A stretch of 64,000 bases of DNA, taken from positions 62,001 through 126,000 of IMG/VR virus record IMGVR_UViG_3300020154_000003; one strand, given 5' to 3'. Of this stretch, positions 10,801 through 21,518 are shown one piece after another. The position numbers and the translations under genes were made by a program. The notes below the pieces were generated by a model. That model ran no database searches, was not told the origin of the DNA, and saw nothing but the letters and a program-made list of their open reading frames with translations. Position 1 is the first letter of the stretch. Every line of letters begins with the position of its first letter.

Positions 10801-12122
10801 ATACTGACGATAAATTTGATGAATATTTTAGAAGATTGACGGATGATGAACTTGATTCAGATAAAAATGAAAACGACTATAGCTTTCTTATAAATAAATT
10901 GAATGAGCAGTTATATGTTTTGAATTATACTCAAACAACATTTTATCCAGACACTACCGTTGATCCAGAATTCACAGCCTTGTCTTTATTGAACTTAAAC
11001 GCATCGTTTAAGTCTACCAATGACAAATATTTCAAAGAATTCTTCACTGAAGTAATTAAACTCATTGAAGAAAGAAATAAAAAATTGAAGGAAATTGAAC
11101 AAAGATTCCAACAAAGTATTGAAGATAAAGATATTAAAACCCAATGCTACTATTCATTTAAATCAATATCAGATAAGTGGGTTTTAGGATATGGTAAGGA
11201 AGGTATTATGGGTAATACAACACCTCTCATTGATGATTTTATTTTTGTTGATAGAGCCTTCAATGATATTGGTGATAAAGTTGTTATAGATTTTAGGCCA
11301 ATCATCGAGATGTCAAAAGATTTCGATGTGAGCGTTTTTACTGTAATGTCAAGATTATTATCGCTAAATGGTTTTGAATTTTTTCCAGTACAGAATTTTA
11401 TGAATTTCAAACAAGGGCAGAATCAGTGGGAAGATGCATTTAAAATTTCCGACTCTGCAAAAGTCGATGTCAGCACCAGTCCTAAATTCATATGTATGTA
11501 CGTTGGTGGCGCATCATCCCAATTGGATGATCCTTATGGTGATTTCGATGATGATGGAGTACAGAATTTGTCTGAGTTACCGGACTTCAAAGAAGGAAAC
11601 GTCTTTGGATTTAAAGTTGCATTTGCTAAACAAAATCAATCGTTGTTCACTAATATTGAACTAAACACTAATGAACATAAAGAGACGAATGAAAGCTTGG
11701 CAATACTGTCTGAAATCGCACAAGATCAAAGCGCATCCTCACCAGTACCTAAGGGTCAGAACTTGTTTTCAACTTTTGAACAAAGAAGTTATACGTGTAA
11801 AGTCGAGATGTTGGGCGATATAATGATTCAACCAACTCAGTATTTTTTATTAGAAAACGTACCGATGTTCAAAGGAGCGTATTTAATCCTACAAGTACAG
11901 CACAACATTGTCCCTAATTTTATGAAGACTAGTTTTGAGGGAGTAAGAATTAGAAAGGTTCCTCAACCATTTGTTCAGGAATTTGCAACTGCGGTGGGGG
12001 TTAAAGGAGGTGCTTCCGATTCTACGTTGGTTGGTGAGAATGACGTAAACAATAACCTTAACAACATACCAACTATAAATCCTATTACAACTGATCAAAC
12101 ATCCAGATTGATCAGTCCTTAA
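7821..12122 (+). CDS. large virion protein, baseplate hub-like C-terminus
   Basis: C-terminal VEMLGDIMIQPTQYF...GAYLILQVQHNI...TSFEGVR resembles hub/late-control-D ends; start placed at ATG 7821. Confidence 0.55.
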   Translation: MAASDNIIDPNEIITSDSFNKLGLNGMPDHSKMYLFVELTAKRRGGSILVTDGVGSSSKRILKDENDAISINMMGFDQNTKNYTTRWSKNSDNNETNFEGFGITEININTTSSYVPVVDIEFVDIRGSSLFTFGSKSPYSVLFSFPPPVFTLTVKGYYGKALTYNLHLVRQSSRFDAASGNYYISANFVAQKFAPLTDVLFKYIDVVPLINDTSGGSGLNGVDFDFSQPPKNTRELIVRAQKLYDDLEKFKANSQLANDADKFRSDFNTSQSLLSTINNFKAKLDLNLQNLSDLYVMEVPKDNPNDGGGNLNNVITERFTPITLQEYNNLIRVESPNFQSSNISSRLYISTKFANADTTTVTGTTASITKRIKSNLLQLKLTMLGEASRVNANIKPKSNDIRDPKEFMGSDDRYFGIDITDYYIKIFQDIETKRNQFQAKQTEFKDKVNDISVSALGKTPTIKFIFDILCNDVDKFFNKLKDVDYLSEIHHQKYFSQIVTNNESKKNKISPFPLIKKKTVISNLNDSTTGSIEREERAYPQEVFKDIETFPEVQFVESFITTFLDIIKSDEILDLKEGTDEQGNNKWIPINPLDSVVNGRISAITPYFGKLNPIPELITELLTRYYVVTQFSYGELFYHKDGNIITEFFGVESKQNDLISFLAKAEAANIINSIVDSNLLNGLSAQATQWKSNIQTFYDSLSNNVSTYNTIPTHGTAGVTYLELNGQPIVKDRTNFLYKGFELLTGGKPDLRNPSDDGSNTGELNVVDKFLDRFANSRVRNFLFENFEFEDFTKQNIIYVKDEASSDSGGNDSDFIKNGTVLDSDLFSFNRNVDKTISNIYAATLSKADSTLLTILNDPDITNTVKTMVFVSMFGRTLSYFDKAVNKKFAFPSVIEAPKFAHLYMGGLAYFYKDPTTLINDEIDTYNNKYASFLRFDKNLESAIQVQNISSIDAEELKTYFESFASDTTSTGYITFENSVIALIEEVQALGISDTDDKFDEYFRRLTDDELDSDKNENDYSFLINKLNEQLYVLNYTQTTFYPDTTVDPEFTALSLLNLNASFKSTNDKYFKEFFTEVIKLIEERNKKLKEIEQRFQQSIEDKDIKTQCYYSFKSISDKWVLGYGKEGIMGNTTPLIDDFIFVDRAFNDIGDKVVIDFRPIIEMSKDFDVSVFTVMSRLLSLNGFEFFPVQNFMNFKQGQNQWEDAFKISDSAKVDVSTSPKFICMYVGGASSQLDDPYGDFDDDGVQNLSELPDFKEGNVFGFKVAFAKQNQSLFTNIELNTNEHKETNESLAILSEIAQDQSASSPVPKGQNLFSTFEQRSYTCKVEMLGDIMIQPTQYFLLENVPMFKGAYLILQVQHNIVPNFMKTSFEGVRIRKVPQPFVQEFATAVGVKGGASDSTLVGENDVNNNLNNIPTINPITTDQTSRLISP

Positions 12123-12135
12123 AGTATTTATTAAC

Positions 12136-13578
12136 ATGGCATATAAACCGCTCACCAATAAAGGTAAAGAATTCATTAGAACTAGATGTACGTCTGCAGG
12201 CGATAGATTATCTGGAAAGCAGAACTATGCATTAGGCAGAAGTAATGTTCCTGCTGGAACCGTATTCACCTCAAACGCCTACAATGATGGTGACCCAAAA
12301 ACAACTGTCGATGATCGTGAAAAAATCACAACGAATGAGCAGTTAGCTGAAAACTTGATCACATGGTTCAATTATTATGCTGAAGAATATCTGCTTGATG
12401 CTAATATTATGGCTGCTCAATGTTATGTGGAAAGCAACTATAATTTATGGGCTTTTTCCTATGGTGGTAAAAGAGGGAGTAGTGCGATGGGTATAACTCA
12501 ATTTATTGATGTTTCCATCTACGACATAATATTCAAGAATTCATATTCGTTTGAACCTGAAATTGTACTTTTAGGACACAACTTAACTGGTGACACATCA
12601 GACATAAGAACGATAGTTCCATATTATAATAATCAAGCTGCTTCAATTATAAGCACTCCCACAACAAATGCTAGAGCGATTGCCAATAGGAAACAGTTGT
12701 TTCAAAATATTGTGGATAATCCTAAAGCAATGATTAAGGCTCAGTGTCATTTAATGCATAAGATTGGGGAGAGAAACAATAATTTAGCTGCATCTTCATT
12801 ATTTGCTTACAATAGAGCAGCTAGTTTGAGGTCTAAAACCTATAATGAAGCTATTGATAAGGCGGTTAAAAAGAAGATACGAATAGAGGAAGGTACTTCT
12901 TATGTTGATAAAATATTCAAACTTTTGAATGGGACATATGGAACCAGAACAGAGAGTAGCTTTGGTAATGGAATATATCAAGGCGAAGGATTTGGGTATG
13001 GTTTTCCGAATGAAATTGATGCGGTAGCTAATAGAAATTTATCCAACACTTTATTAGTTTCAGGAAATTTTGGATTAAATACAGTTCAGGAAAAGTTCAT
13101 ACAGTCATTGCATCCAGTAGCACAAGATAAATTTAGATTGTTTTTATCTACAATAGAAAAACAGACTCCATTCACGGTTTCTTTACAAAGTGCATATAGA
13201 TCATACGCACATCAGCAAAGATTAAAAAAAGAATATGCTGTAACCAAGCCATCTGTACCTGTTTCCTCTCCGGGAAATAGTTATCATAATTTTGGATTGG
13301 CACTGGATATTGTACTGGTTAATGGATACGTTACATACGGGCATGGTCAAACTAAAAAAGAATGGATTGCAACTGGAGTTCCTAAAATAGCTTCAGACCT
13401 TGGACTAGTATGGGGTGGAGATTTTAGTAATTATGATCCTGTACACTTCGATTTGAGCAACACTTACGCTTTGAATTCATTAAAGTCTGCAGCAACGGCA
13501 CAGTTTGGTACTGATCCTAACAAGGTTAACGGAAATCAAATAGCTAATTTACAACCATCTGAAGGAGGTTATTCTTAA
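12136..13578 (+). CDS. virion-associated lysin: SLT-like transglycosylase + M15 peptidase
   Basis: VESNYN, AMGITQF, AYN (SLT); SYHNFGLALD, WGGDF, DPVHF (M15). Confidence 0.85.
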   Translation: MAYKPLTNKGKEFIRTRCTSAGDRLSGKQNYALGRSNVPAGTVFTSNAYNDGDPKTTVDDREKITTNEQLAENLITWFNYYAEEYLLDANIMAAQCYVESNYNLWAFSYGGKRGSSAMGITQFIDVSIYDIIFKNSYSFEPEIVLLGHNLTGDTSDIRTIVPYYNNQAASIISTPTTNARAIANRKQLFQNIVDNPKAMIKAQCHLMHKIGERNNNLAASSLFAYNRAASLRSKTYNEAIDKAVKKKIRIEEGTSYVDKIFKLLNGTYGTRTESSFGNGIYQGEGFGYGFPNEIDAVANRNLSNTLLVSGNFGLNTVQEKFIQSLHPVAQDKFRLFLSTIEKQTPFTVSLQSAYRSYAHQQRLKKEYAVTKPSVPVSSPGNSYHNFGLALDIVLVNGYVTYGHGQTKKEWIATGVPKIASDLGLVWGGDFSNYDPVHFDLSNTYALNSLKSAATAQFGTDPNKVNGNQIANLQPSEGGYS

Positions 13579-14363
13579 GACAAACTTTCCTTAAGTTCGT
13601 GAAGCGAAAGAATATCGTTAGCGTATGTTTCATCATTGAAACTCATTGAGTTTATTTTCTCAACGGATTCGTTAATTCTTTCGTCAACTTCGGTAGATTC
13701 CCCTAATAATGATGAAAGAGTGTGAATTGTTTCACTTTTTAATGAATTAAAGAACCCTAATTTTTCTGATCTGCTTTCAGAAATAATACTTTTGAACAGT
13801 TTCTTCTCGCTTTCATTTAATGCGTTATACTTGTCATTAAATTTGTCGATAGCCTTCTTAATGAAGAATTCTTTGGGTATTGAACTGAATTCTGAGAAAT
13901 CTTCACTTTCAACTAGCTTAGGCTTATTATTTTTAATGTGCTCTAGGACGTAAGTAAATGATTCGTGAAGTTTATCAACGTCAGTTAATGACTTTCCTTT
14001 AAGCGATTCATAGATGAGCGTATGGATGTGATTGTAAAGAGATTCTTTATTGTTGGATACTCTAATCGATAGACCCTCAACCAGAGGGAATAATTTGGCA
14101 TTTTCAGCGATCAACGATTCTCTAGTAAATCCGTTGTCTGAAAACAATTTAAGATTTTCATCTATGTATTTTATGGCAAGATTTTCGTTAGGTAGATACT
14201 TATCCTCCAAACTCTTATAAACTTTGAATTCAGTCTGAAGTAGTGCTGATTCTTTAATCAATTTCATGAAATCTTTGAACATATCTTTGGCAAAAATGTT
14301 CTCTGACTCATTAAGATAATAAGTAAACGTAGCTTTGATTACCCCAAAGTTAAATTTTGTCAT
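13575..14363 (-). CDS. hypothetical head-module protein
   Basis: 262 aa, follows portal, late motif upstream. Confidence 0.7.
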   Translation of the reverse strand: MTKFNFGVIKATFTYYLNESENIFAKDMFKDFMKLIKESALLQTEFKVYKSLEDKYLPNENLAIKYIDENLKLFSDNGFTRESLIAENAKLFPLVEGLSIRVSNNKESLYNHIHTLIYESLKGKSLTDVDKLHESFTYVLEHIKNNKPKLVESEDFSEFSSIPKEFFIKKAIDKFNDKYNALNESEKKLFKSIISESRSEKLGFFNSLKSETIHTLSSLLGESTEVDERINESVEKINSMSFNDETYANDILSLHELKESLS

Positions 14364-14403
14364 AAAGTTTAATAATAAATACTCTTTTTTTGAATAAAAG
14401 TTA

Positions 14404-16425
14404 TTAGCTGGACATTGAATTTATAATATCATCGTCTATATCCTTCAATTTTTCGTCCTCCAATTCGTTAGACTTAACCACATTTTCTACCTTATTTTCC
14501 TTATAAGCGAAGTTTTCTGGATTTGTCGCCTCATTGTTAAATGTACCATTACTGTATAATAGCTTATCAATTTCGGTGATCATAGTCCTTGCGGTCTTAT
14601 TTAACTGATCGTTTTTCTTGGCAAATTCATCCTCACTTTGCTTTGCAGCCGTGACGTTTTGTTTGCCCATCAAATCTTCTAATAATTCATCAAATGTTTT
14701 CTTTTCAGTAATAATGTTCTTTTGTGAACTTACTGATTCTTGAGTATTTCCCCCTGCTGGTGCGGCTTGACTTGCACTGCCTTGTGGCTCAGGTAAGGCA
14801 GCAGGAGTTTGCGGAGCGTTAGTTGCTCCACCTTCTGGTGGTGGATTGCTTTCAGGCTGTCCTTCACCTCCCTGTGGAGGTGGGCCACCTTGAGTCAATG
14901 CAGCATCAGGGTTTCCGTATTTCTGGTCAATGTCATCAAATACACCAGTCTTAGGGATAATAACGGCAGTATCTTGAAGTTCTTGACTAATCGCTCTTTC
15001 CATTCTCTGGTTTTTCAAATCTTCAACAATTTCTTTATCAGACCAGCCAAGGATATTTCTCTTAGCCCATGTATGTGAAGATGCTGCGATTCCTGATCCT
15101 TCGTTGCGAGTAATTTCAGTGTACAACTGAATTTTAGCAGTTAATGTTTCTGTCTTAAGCTTATCTGCTTGTGTTGAAGGATTGGTTAATGAAAGACTGA
15201 ATTCGTGTAAATCATTTTCATATCCCTTGAGGAACAAATGAATGATTGCCATTTTATTCAATTCTTGCAATAATGCTTGTTGTATTTTGTTGATTTTTTT
15301 AGCAAATCTAACATCCATCTGTGCAAGGTTTTTACCTTCACCTGCACTACCTGAGAAACCAAGGAAAGGTTTAGGGATTCCAAGACCACTAAATAAATTG
15401 TCACGCAAGTAAGCGATGTCAGCAATAGCGTCCAAGTTGGTTGCTCCGGGTAATGTTTCAATCACTGTGCTTTTGCCATCACGTACTGGTACAAATATAT
15501 CTTCGTCATTCCCTAAGATATTAAATCTGTAGTCGATTTGACCGTTGTTTTTATAAACTTGTTGTTGTTTCTTGAATTTAGTAGCAACTTTATATACGTA
15601 TGCTTCAATGTCTTTATCGTCAATGTTACCTACTTCTATTTTGAAAACTCTTTTTTCACCTGCTCTCAAAATACGATAAGTTAACATTGCATCTTCAGCC
15701 ATAACTAATTGTCTGAATACTCTTCTTATTTTATTAAGTACAGAAGAACCATACGGTAAGTGCTTGTCATCACCAAGTAGTCTGAAGTGAGCAATTTCAA
15801 ACATGTTGAATTCGTCACCAGTTACTTTATTTTTGAAAACAGTACGTGCTTTTCTGTCTTTAACTTCGTCTTTTCTTTCCATGTCGAAGTTAACTAGCTG
15901 ACGTACATAACGTATACCCTTTCCTTTTTCTCCTAGCGTGTACACAAAATTATCACCGTATTTGGCAAGATTTCTAGCCCAAAAAGGTAAATTAACATTT
16001 ACGTTTACAACACCGTAGAAAAAGTCTTCAAGAATAGTTTTAATTCTTTCCTTCTTTGAAAATATATTAAGCATTTTACCATTATCACCAATGGTAGTTG
16101 CTTCTTCTGAAATTAAATCGAGGGCTGATGCGATAAGTGGATAGTACTCCATACCTTCGTAGTCGACGTATGCAGGTATTCTATGACCTTCATACTGCAT
16201 GGCTTTTTGAAAACCGTGCTGTTGTACTTGGTAAAATTTATCAAAGATAAGTTCTCTCTGCTGAAGTTCTAATGCTGCTCGTTGAATATCTTCAGGAGTT
16301 TCAGCCTTAAGAATAATTTTCTTTTCTGGTTGTTGGTTCTGATTAGTTTGACCGCCAAACCCGAAACCATCCAAATTAAGAAATGAATTTATATCCTGAT
16401 ATATCGTTTTTTTGTTCTCAGCCAT
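14404..16425 (-). CDS. portal protein, T4 gp20 family
   Basis: QLVMAEDAMLTYRILRAGEKRVFKIEVGN, ETLPGATNL..IADI.YLR motifs. Confidence 0.95.
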   Translation of the reverse strand: MAENKKTIYQDINSFLNLDGFGFGGQTNQNQQPEKKIILKAETPEDIQRAALELQQRELIFDKFYQVQQHGFQKAMQYEGHRIPAYVDYEGMEYYPLIASALDLISEEATTIGDNGKMLNIFSKKERIKTILEDFFYGVVNVNVNLPFWARNLAKYGDNFVYTLGEKGKGIRYVRQLVNFDMERKDEVKDRKARTVFKNKVTGDEFNMFEIAHFRLLGDDKHLPYGSSVLNKIRRVFRQLVMAEDAMLTYRILRAGEKRVFKIEVGNIDDKDIEAYVYKVATKFKKQQQVYKNNGQIDYRFNILGNDEDIFVPVRDGKSTVIETLPGATNLDAIADIAYLRDNLFSGLGIPKPFLGFSGSAGEGKNLAQMDVRFAKKINKIQQALLQELNKMAIIHLFLKGYENDLHEFSLSLTNPSTQADKLKTETLTAKIQLYTEITRNEGSGIAASSHTWAKRNILGWSDKEIVEDLKNQRMERAISQELQDTAVIIPKTGVFDDIDQKYGNPDAALTQGGPPPQGGEGQPESNPPPEGGATNAPQTPAALPEPQGSASQAAPAGGNTQESVSSQKNIITEKKTFDELLEDLMGKQNVTAAKQSEDEFAKKNDQLNKTARTMITEIDKLLYSNGTFNNEATNPENFAYKENKVENVVKSNELEDEKLKDIDDDIINSMSS

Positions 16426-16494
16426 TTTATAGTTTTTTATACTTTTTTATATAAATACTGATTTGTTTAAGCAAAATCCTCTATTAACGTTAAA

Positions 16495-18546
16495 TTATCG
16501 GTATTTATTTCCGAAGACCCATGCGTTTGAGCCATAGGGGTTATTTCTATGAACTACATAATCATGTGAGTCTGGCATTTTAGTTTCTGCCTCTCTAATA
16601 TGCTCATTATCATTTACAACCAGTATTGCATTTAACATACTTTTAACTCTTTCTACATTATCATTGACTTTATGTAGTTCGCAGTTAATTACATATAGTG
16701 CAATCGCCAATCCCATAATCAAATCATCATGGAATGTTCGTTTATGGTCAGCAAGACGATTCTTATTTTCAACAATTACGAAGGTTTTGAATTCGTTGGT
16801 CAACCTAACCGAACGAATAACAACATCCTCCATCCTGACACATCTCTCCATTTCTTGAAGTACCAAAGGGCGATTACTACCAATCATAAATCCCGGAATT
16901 AAGTCAACCTTTTTAGTTTGACCATTACCAGCATCGCGTTCAACAGTCTTCACATAAACGTTAAGTCTGTCTCTTGATGGCTTGTGCTGGACATCGGAAT
17001 AGTGTACGTTATTATATCCGAACATTTTCAATGATTCCATTGCAGACACACCGTAACCACCACTCACGTCAATTACACAATATGCATTATTGTACTTTTG
17101 TCCATAGTAATAGGCCATTTCAGCTAATTGCTGTGGTGTTACTTTACCACAGTATTCAGCAACTTCTTCTGAAATAGTTCTTTTTCTCTTTCTCGTTTTT
17201 TTGATTCCGTTATGTAGGTATTCTTGATCGACTAATGTTTCAGTAGTTTTCAGAATCACGATAGTTGAAAAGTCTTCTCCATAACCACTGGCAACGTCAA
17301 GAGCCATAACGTATTTTGCTTCAGGAATTGGGTCTTCGAAAATGTACATGAATTTATCTGTGTACTCAGTACGAAGAGGCTGTCTTTGTTCGTTATCTTC
17401 AATACGCTTTACAAATTCCTCATTGATGAAGTTATCACCAGAACCTAAAAACGAACAAAGAATCTCTTGAGCAAGTCTTCGCATGTCACCGTTGTAACCT
17501 GCCTTTGCATTTTCAAACCAACTACTGGTTGCAGAAAATCTTTTCTTAATTAACTCATCACGAACTTCTTTTGTAAAATTGTCGTCCTTAATTCGTATTT
17601 CAGTATCTTTTCCTTCGTCCTTAACCCACTCAAGATCAATCTCACCAGTTTCTTTATTGCGTATGTATCTAGGATCGTTATACCACCACAATTCAATAGC
17701 ATTAACGTATGGTTTTTTACCTTCCGATCTAGCTACAACGGATGAGTTGAAGGTTTTATAAAAAATAGGGTCTAAACCATTTGGAGTCGAAACAAAAATT
17801 ACGCGACCGCCAGTGTTTCGTACTGCAGGGCCAGCAGATTCCCAAAACTTTTCTCCCTTCTCCGTCCACGCAGTTTCATCCCAAAATACTAGCGTAGGTG
17901 TCGGCCCTCTAAGTTTGGTCGCAGCAAAAGCTTTTACTTGACTACCATTCGAATATTTTTTGTGACCCATAGAATCTTTACCACCGACTTTAGCAAGGCT
18001 AGGTCGCACGTATGATGGACAGTTCTCAATGAAATCAATGATGTCACTCATCAACTCATCACGAGCGGTTTCAAGTTTATCCGCAATAACTGCTACGTAT
18101 CTATTTTTATTGAAAGTAATATACCACGCGATATATGCACAAGTTGTTGTTGACACACCAGCCTGTCTGTATTTGTTAGCTACATTCTCTTTGTTAGACA
18201 TGTAAGCTTTGATGAGTTCCTTTTGGAATGGGAAAAGTTTGAAAGGCACGATTGAACCACCATCTCCGACTGTTTGGTCAAATACGGTTAGATAAGTCTC
18301 AATGTAATAAACTGGATCGATACCACATCTGTAGATTTCATATGCCTGTTCATCAACATTGAGAAGATTCGCTGGTTTAGCTTCCCCACTTTTTGTGATT
18401 ACAATGGGTTGGTTAACGTGTCGTTTTCTTAACTCACTAACTAATTTTTTGAGTTCTATCTTCCTGAGTTCATCAGTAGTAAGTGGACGATCATTATTAT
18501 CCGGTATAAAGTCTAAATCATCATCATCAGTTTTTTTCTTACTCAT
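16495..18546 (-). CDS. terminase large subunit, T4 gp17 family
   Basis: KYRQAGVST, WDETAW, STPNG, ALDVASG, HDDLIM motifs. Confidence 0.95.
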   Translation of the reverse strand: MSKKKTDDDDLDFIPDNNDRPLTTDELRKIELKKLVSELRKRHVNQPIVITKSGEAKPANLLNVDEQAYEIYRCGIDPVYYIETYLTVFDQTVGDGGSIVPFKLFPFQKELIKAYMSNKENVANKYRQAGVSTTTCAYIAWYITFNKNRYVAVIADKLETARDELMSDIIDFIENCPSYVRPSLAKVGGKDSMGHKKYSNGSQVKAFAATKLRGPTPTLVFWDETAWTEKGEKFWESAGPAVRNTGGRVIFVSTPNGLDPIFYKTFNSSVVARSEGKKPYVNAIELWWYNDPRYIRNKETGEIDLEWVKDEGKDTEIRIKDDNFTKEVRDELIKKRFSATSSWFENAKAGYNGDMRRLAQEILCSFLGSGDNFINEEFVKRIEDNEQRQPLRTEYTDKFMYIFEDPIPEAKYVMALDVASGYGEDFSTIVILKTTETLVDQEYLHNGIKKTRKRKRTISEEVAEYCGKVTPQQLAEMAYYYGQKYNNAYCVIDVSGGYGVSAMESLKMFGYNNVHYSDVQHKPSRDRLNVYVKTVERDAGNGQTKKVDLIPGFMIGSNRPLVLQEMERCVRMEDVVIRSVRLTNEFKTFVIVENKNRLADHKRTFHDDLIMGLAIALYVINCELHKVNDNVERVKSMLNAILVVNDNEHIREAETKMPDSHDYVVHRNNPYGSNAWVFGNKYR

Positions 18547-18663
18547 GCTTTTACACTTTTTTATAAATACTCGGTTATATAAAACCGCAAAACCCGAAAC
18601 ATATCAAGATGTCCGGGTTTCGAATCTCCTTCCTCCGAGTATGGCAGGATGAGCAAATCTTAA

Positions 18664-19155
18664 TTAATCCTCTTCTTCGTATTCAGGTTCCTCTTCATCT
18701 TCTGAGTTTGCACTGTTTACGGTTTCAGATTTACTTATTTCAACTTCCTTGAGCATAATATCTCTCGACATGAACAATTCTTTAACTTCACCAGCCTTCA
18801 TCCCATAATGAAATACTAGTAGCGGTGTTTCATCAAATAGAATATCGTTATTACTACTCTCAATATTCTCGTATGCTAGGCAGTGGATGGTATAATACCC
18901 ATCAATGTATGCTCTATCATCAAGTTCGTGTAAACATTTGAAATCAATTTTATTTGATTTTAGCGATAATATCATGTCGACATCGCCTTCTTCAGGTGGG
19001 TTCGCATTATTGCTTGCTGGTGCATCATCCCATCCTAATGATGCTGTGTCAATTGCAGATGCATCTTTAACGAATATGAATTCGTATAATCCTTCTTGTT
19101 TGCTGTTGTATCCTATCTTAAGGATATACACTAATTTTAAATCATCTTTATTCAT
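18664..19155 (-). CDS. hypothetical protein
   Basis: 163 aa acidic ORF upstream of terminase. Confidence 0.7.
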   Translation of the reverse strand: MNKDDLKLVYILKIGYNSKQEGLYEFIFVKDASAIDTASLGWDDAPASNNANPPEEGDVDMILSLKSNKIDFKCLHELDDRAYIDGYYTIHCLAYENIESSNNDILFDETPLLVFHYGMKAGEVKELFMSRDIMLKEVEISKSETVNSANSEDEEEPEYEEED

Positions 19156-19215
19156 GAAAATAAAAGCCCTAACACATTACGTTTTAGGGCTTTTTGTTTA
19201 ATTGAAAACTGATTA

Positions 19216-21378
19216 TTACTTTATATTAAATTTTTTCAAGAAATCTTTGTTGTTCTTAATCTCTTCGTTGATCATTGCATCAATTCTCTTTGAAAGATTT
19301 GATTTTGAACTTTCACTCAACGAAGGCTTTCTCAAACCTAAACGCTCTTGAATTTTTGTCTTAATGATCGACTTCAATTTGTTAACACTTTCAGAAACTT
19401 CTTCTTTTTTTTCTTCCTTTTTGTCTTCTTTCTTATCTTCTTTCTTTATAAGTGAATCACCAGCAGGAGCGAATTTAATTTCGTTCTTTTTAGGTTCTTC
19501 AACTACTTCTTCAGCGACAACTTTAGGTTCTTTTGAAGCGTATTTCTTGGGTTTAACTGAGAAAGTGTCAACACTTTCAGCCAAAGTTCCAAAACCACAT
19601 TCAACAACACCTTCTTTAACTTCTGGTGACCAGAATTCAGCGATTGCTTTAACGTCAGCTTGTGACAAGTCACCGCATTCATTTGCATATCCGCTAACCA
19701 ATGAAACCATTTCCATAATAGAAACTTCATTAACATTTTCAGCATCGTAACCTCTTTCTGCCATGTAACCTTTAAAAGGTTTCACTTCAGTTTCGCCACC
19801 TTCTTCGCCATTCACCATGTCTGAAAGATGTGCGTTGATAGCTTCTTCAATTTCCTTGTCATCAGGTTCGCCTTCAGCACCAGCTTCTTCACTACCTTCA
19901 GCACCACTGAAATCAGGAGCACTTGAAGCTTCTGGTTCAGCACCACCATCAACAGGTTCAGCAGATTCAGGAGAACCGTTAGATTCTTCACCTTCAGCGT
20001 CAGCTTTCAATATGATATTTGCAAGTTCTTTTCTGAAATCAGAATCGAGTTCAGGAATTTTTGCATCGAATGATTTCAACAATGCTTTCAAGAAACCGCC
20101 AGCCATTTCAGGAGTCAACTCAGTAGTTCTTACTTTTTGACCTGTCTTACCAACTAATTTCTCAACATCTTTTACTGCAGCGTCATCGCCAATTGCAGCA
20201 TTTGCAGTTCCGCTTGCAGGAGCATCATCGATAGGAGCAGCTTCTGCGCCAGCATCTGCAACAGGTGCTTCAGCACCGCCTTGAGCAGCACCATCAACAT
20301 CTGAAGAAGTGATGTCCAAGTTATCCAAAGCTTGAGCAGCAGCGTCTAAGCTTGCATCTTCATCACCAGCAGCAGGTACTGCATCAGATGCAGCAGGGGT
20401 TGGAGCCTGAGTTTCAGGTGCGCTTTGTGCAGGAGCAGCATCAGCCACAGGAAGTTCTTCTTCTTGTCCGAAAGCTTCCGCAATCTGAACAGTTTTAACG
20501 CTTGCGTTAATTTGAGAATCTGCAGTAGCTAAAGGCGATGGTTGGCTATGACCAGCATCAGCTTTAGATTTTGCGTTAGTATCGTTTATAGGAGCCGTAG
20601 CTTTTTCTTTTCCAGTAGTTTTGTTAGCCACTACATCAGAATCCTTAATTTCAGAATCTTCAGTTGAAGGAGCAGCAGGAGTTTTCAAACCTGCGTCAGC
20701 CTTTGTCTTTGCAGTAGCATCATTAACAGGTGCCTGAGGTTTTTCTTTACCGCCTTGTTTGTTAGCAACCATGTCACCGTCAGCAATTTCAGAATCGGCA
20801 GTTGCCAATGCTTCACTTTCAGCGATTTTCTTTGTAGGGGTAGATACTGATCTCTCAGAATCTGCAGTTGCTAATGGAGAAGGTTGGCTAGTTCCTTTGT
20901 CTGCTTTTGATTTTGCGTTGCCATCGTTGACTGGTGCTTGAGGGGCACCTTTGCCTCCTGTTTTGTCTGATACGATGTCAGAATCTTTTATTTCAGAATC
21001 AGCAGTTGCAAGTGCTGCTTGTTCGTTCAACGTTTTTGCGGGGTTGAATTTTCTATCTAAACTTTCGTTAATGTTTTGAATGTAGAAGTTTCTAGTTTTA
21101 ACCGCTTCAGACAAACTTGCATATTTGTACTTAAGCTTGTTTTCCAATCCACCAATATATGTGAAATTTTCAACACCAATGTTATCACCTTTAACGTTTG
21201 ATGACTTTATGTAAAAGCTATCATTCTCTTTTATGATACCTAATGCTGACCCATCGTTTGCTCTTGCGTATTCGATAAGAGTTGCATTTTCCAAAGAACC
21301 TGATTTTGAAGGAGATTCGACATTACCTAGTTCTCTTAGTCTCTTATAAAAATTTTCTTGATTTGAAAATTGTCTCAT
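19216..21378 (-). CDS. acidic low-complexity repeat protein, probable prohead/internal protein
   Basis: Three ~45 aa repeats with LATADSEI / AP[VI]ND..AK.KAD; late motif at 21430. Confidence 0.65.
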   Translation of the reverse strand: MRQFSNQENFYKRLRELGNVESPSKSGSLENATLIEYARANDGSALGIIKENDSFYIKSSNVKGDNIGVENFTYIGGLENKLKYKYASLSEAVKTRNFYIQNINESLDRKFNPAKTLNEQAALATADSEIKDSDIVSDKTGGKGAPQAPVNDGNAKSKADKGTSQPSPLATADSERSVSTPTKKIAESEALATADSEIADGDMVANKQGGKEKPQAPVNDATAKTKADAGLKTPAAPSTEDSEIKDSDVVANKTTGKEKATAPINDTNAKSKADAGHSQPSPLATADSQINASVKTVQIAEAFGQEEELPVADAAPAQSAPETQAPTPAASDAVPAAGDEDASLDAAAQALDNLDITSSDVDGAAQGGAEAPVADAGAEAAPIDDAPASGTANAAIGDDAAVKDVEKLVGKTGQKVRTTELTPEMAGGFLKALLKSFDAKIPELDSDFRKELANIILKADAEGEESNGSPESAEPVDGGAEPEASSAPDFSGAEGSEEAGAEGEPDDKEIEEAINAHLSDMVNGEEGGETEVKPFKGYMAERGYDAENVNEVSIMEMVSLVSGYANECGDLSQADVKAIAEFWSPEVKEGVVECGFGTLAESVDTFSVKPKKYASKEPKVVAEEVVEEPKKNEIKFAPAGDSLIKKEDKKEDKKEEKKEEVSESVNKLKSIIKTKIQERLGLRKPSLSESSKSNLSKRIDAMINEEIKNNKDFLKKFNIK

Positions 21379-21518
21379 TGTATAGTGTGTTAATTTAATT
21401 ATTCGTATAAGTTTATTTAAACTTTTTTTATAAATACTCTTTTTAGGTTGAAAAATACACTTTCTTACAAATTTTTATAACATTTCCGCAGATTTTACGT
21501 ATATTTTAAAAAAAGTTT

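Noticed and set aside
1453-18546. Inteins or introns in helicase, capsid, portal, terminase
   Set aside because: Motif spacing and lengths are ordinary; no intein splice motifs or frame breaks noticed
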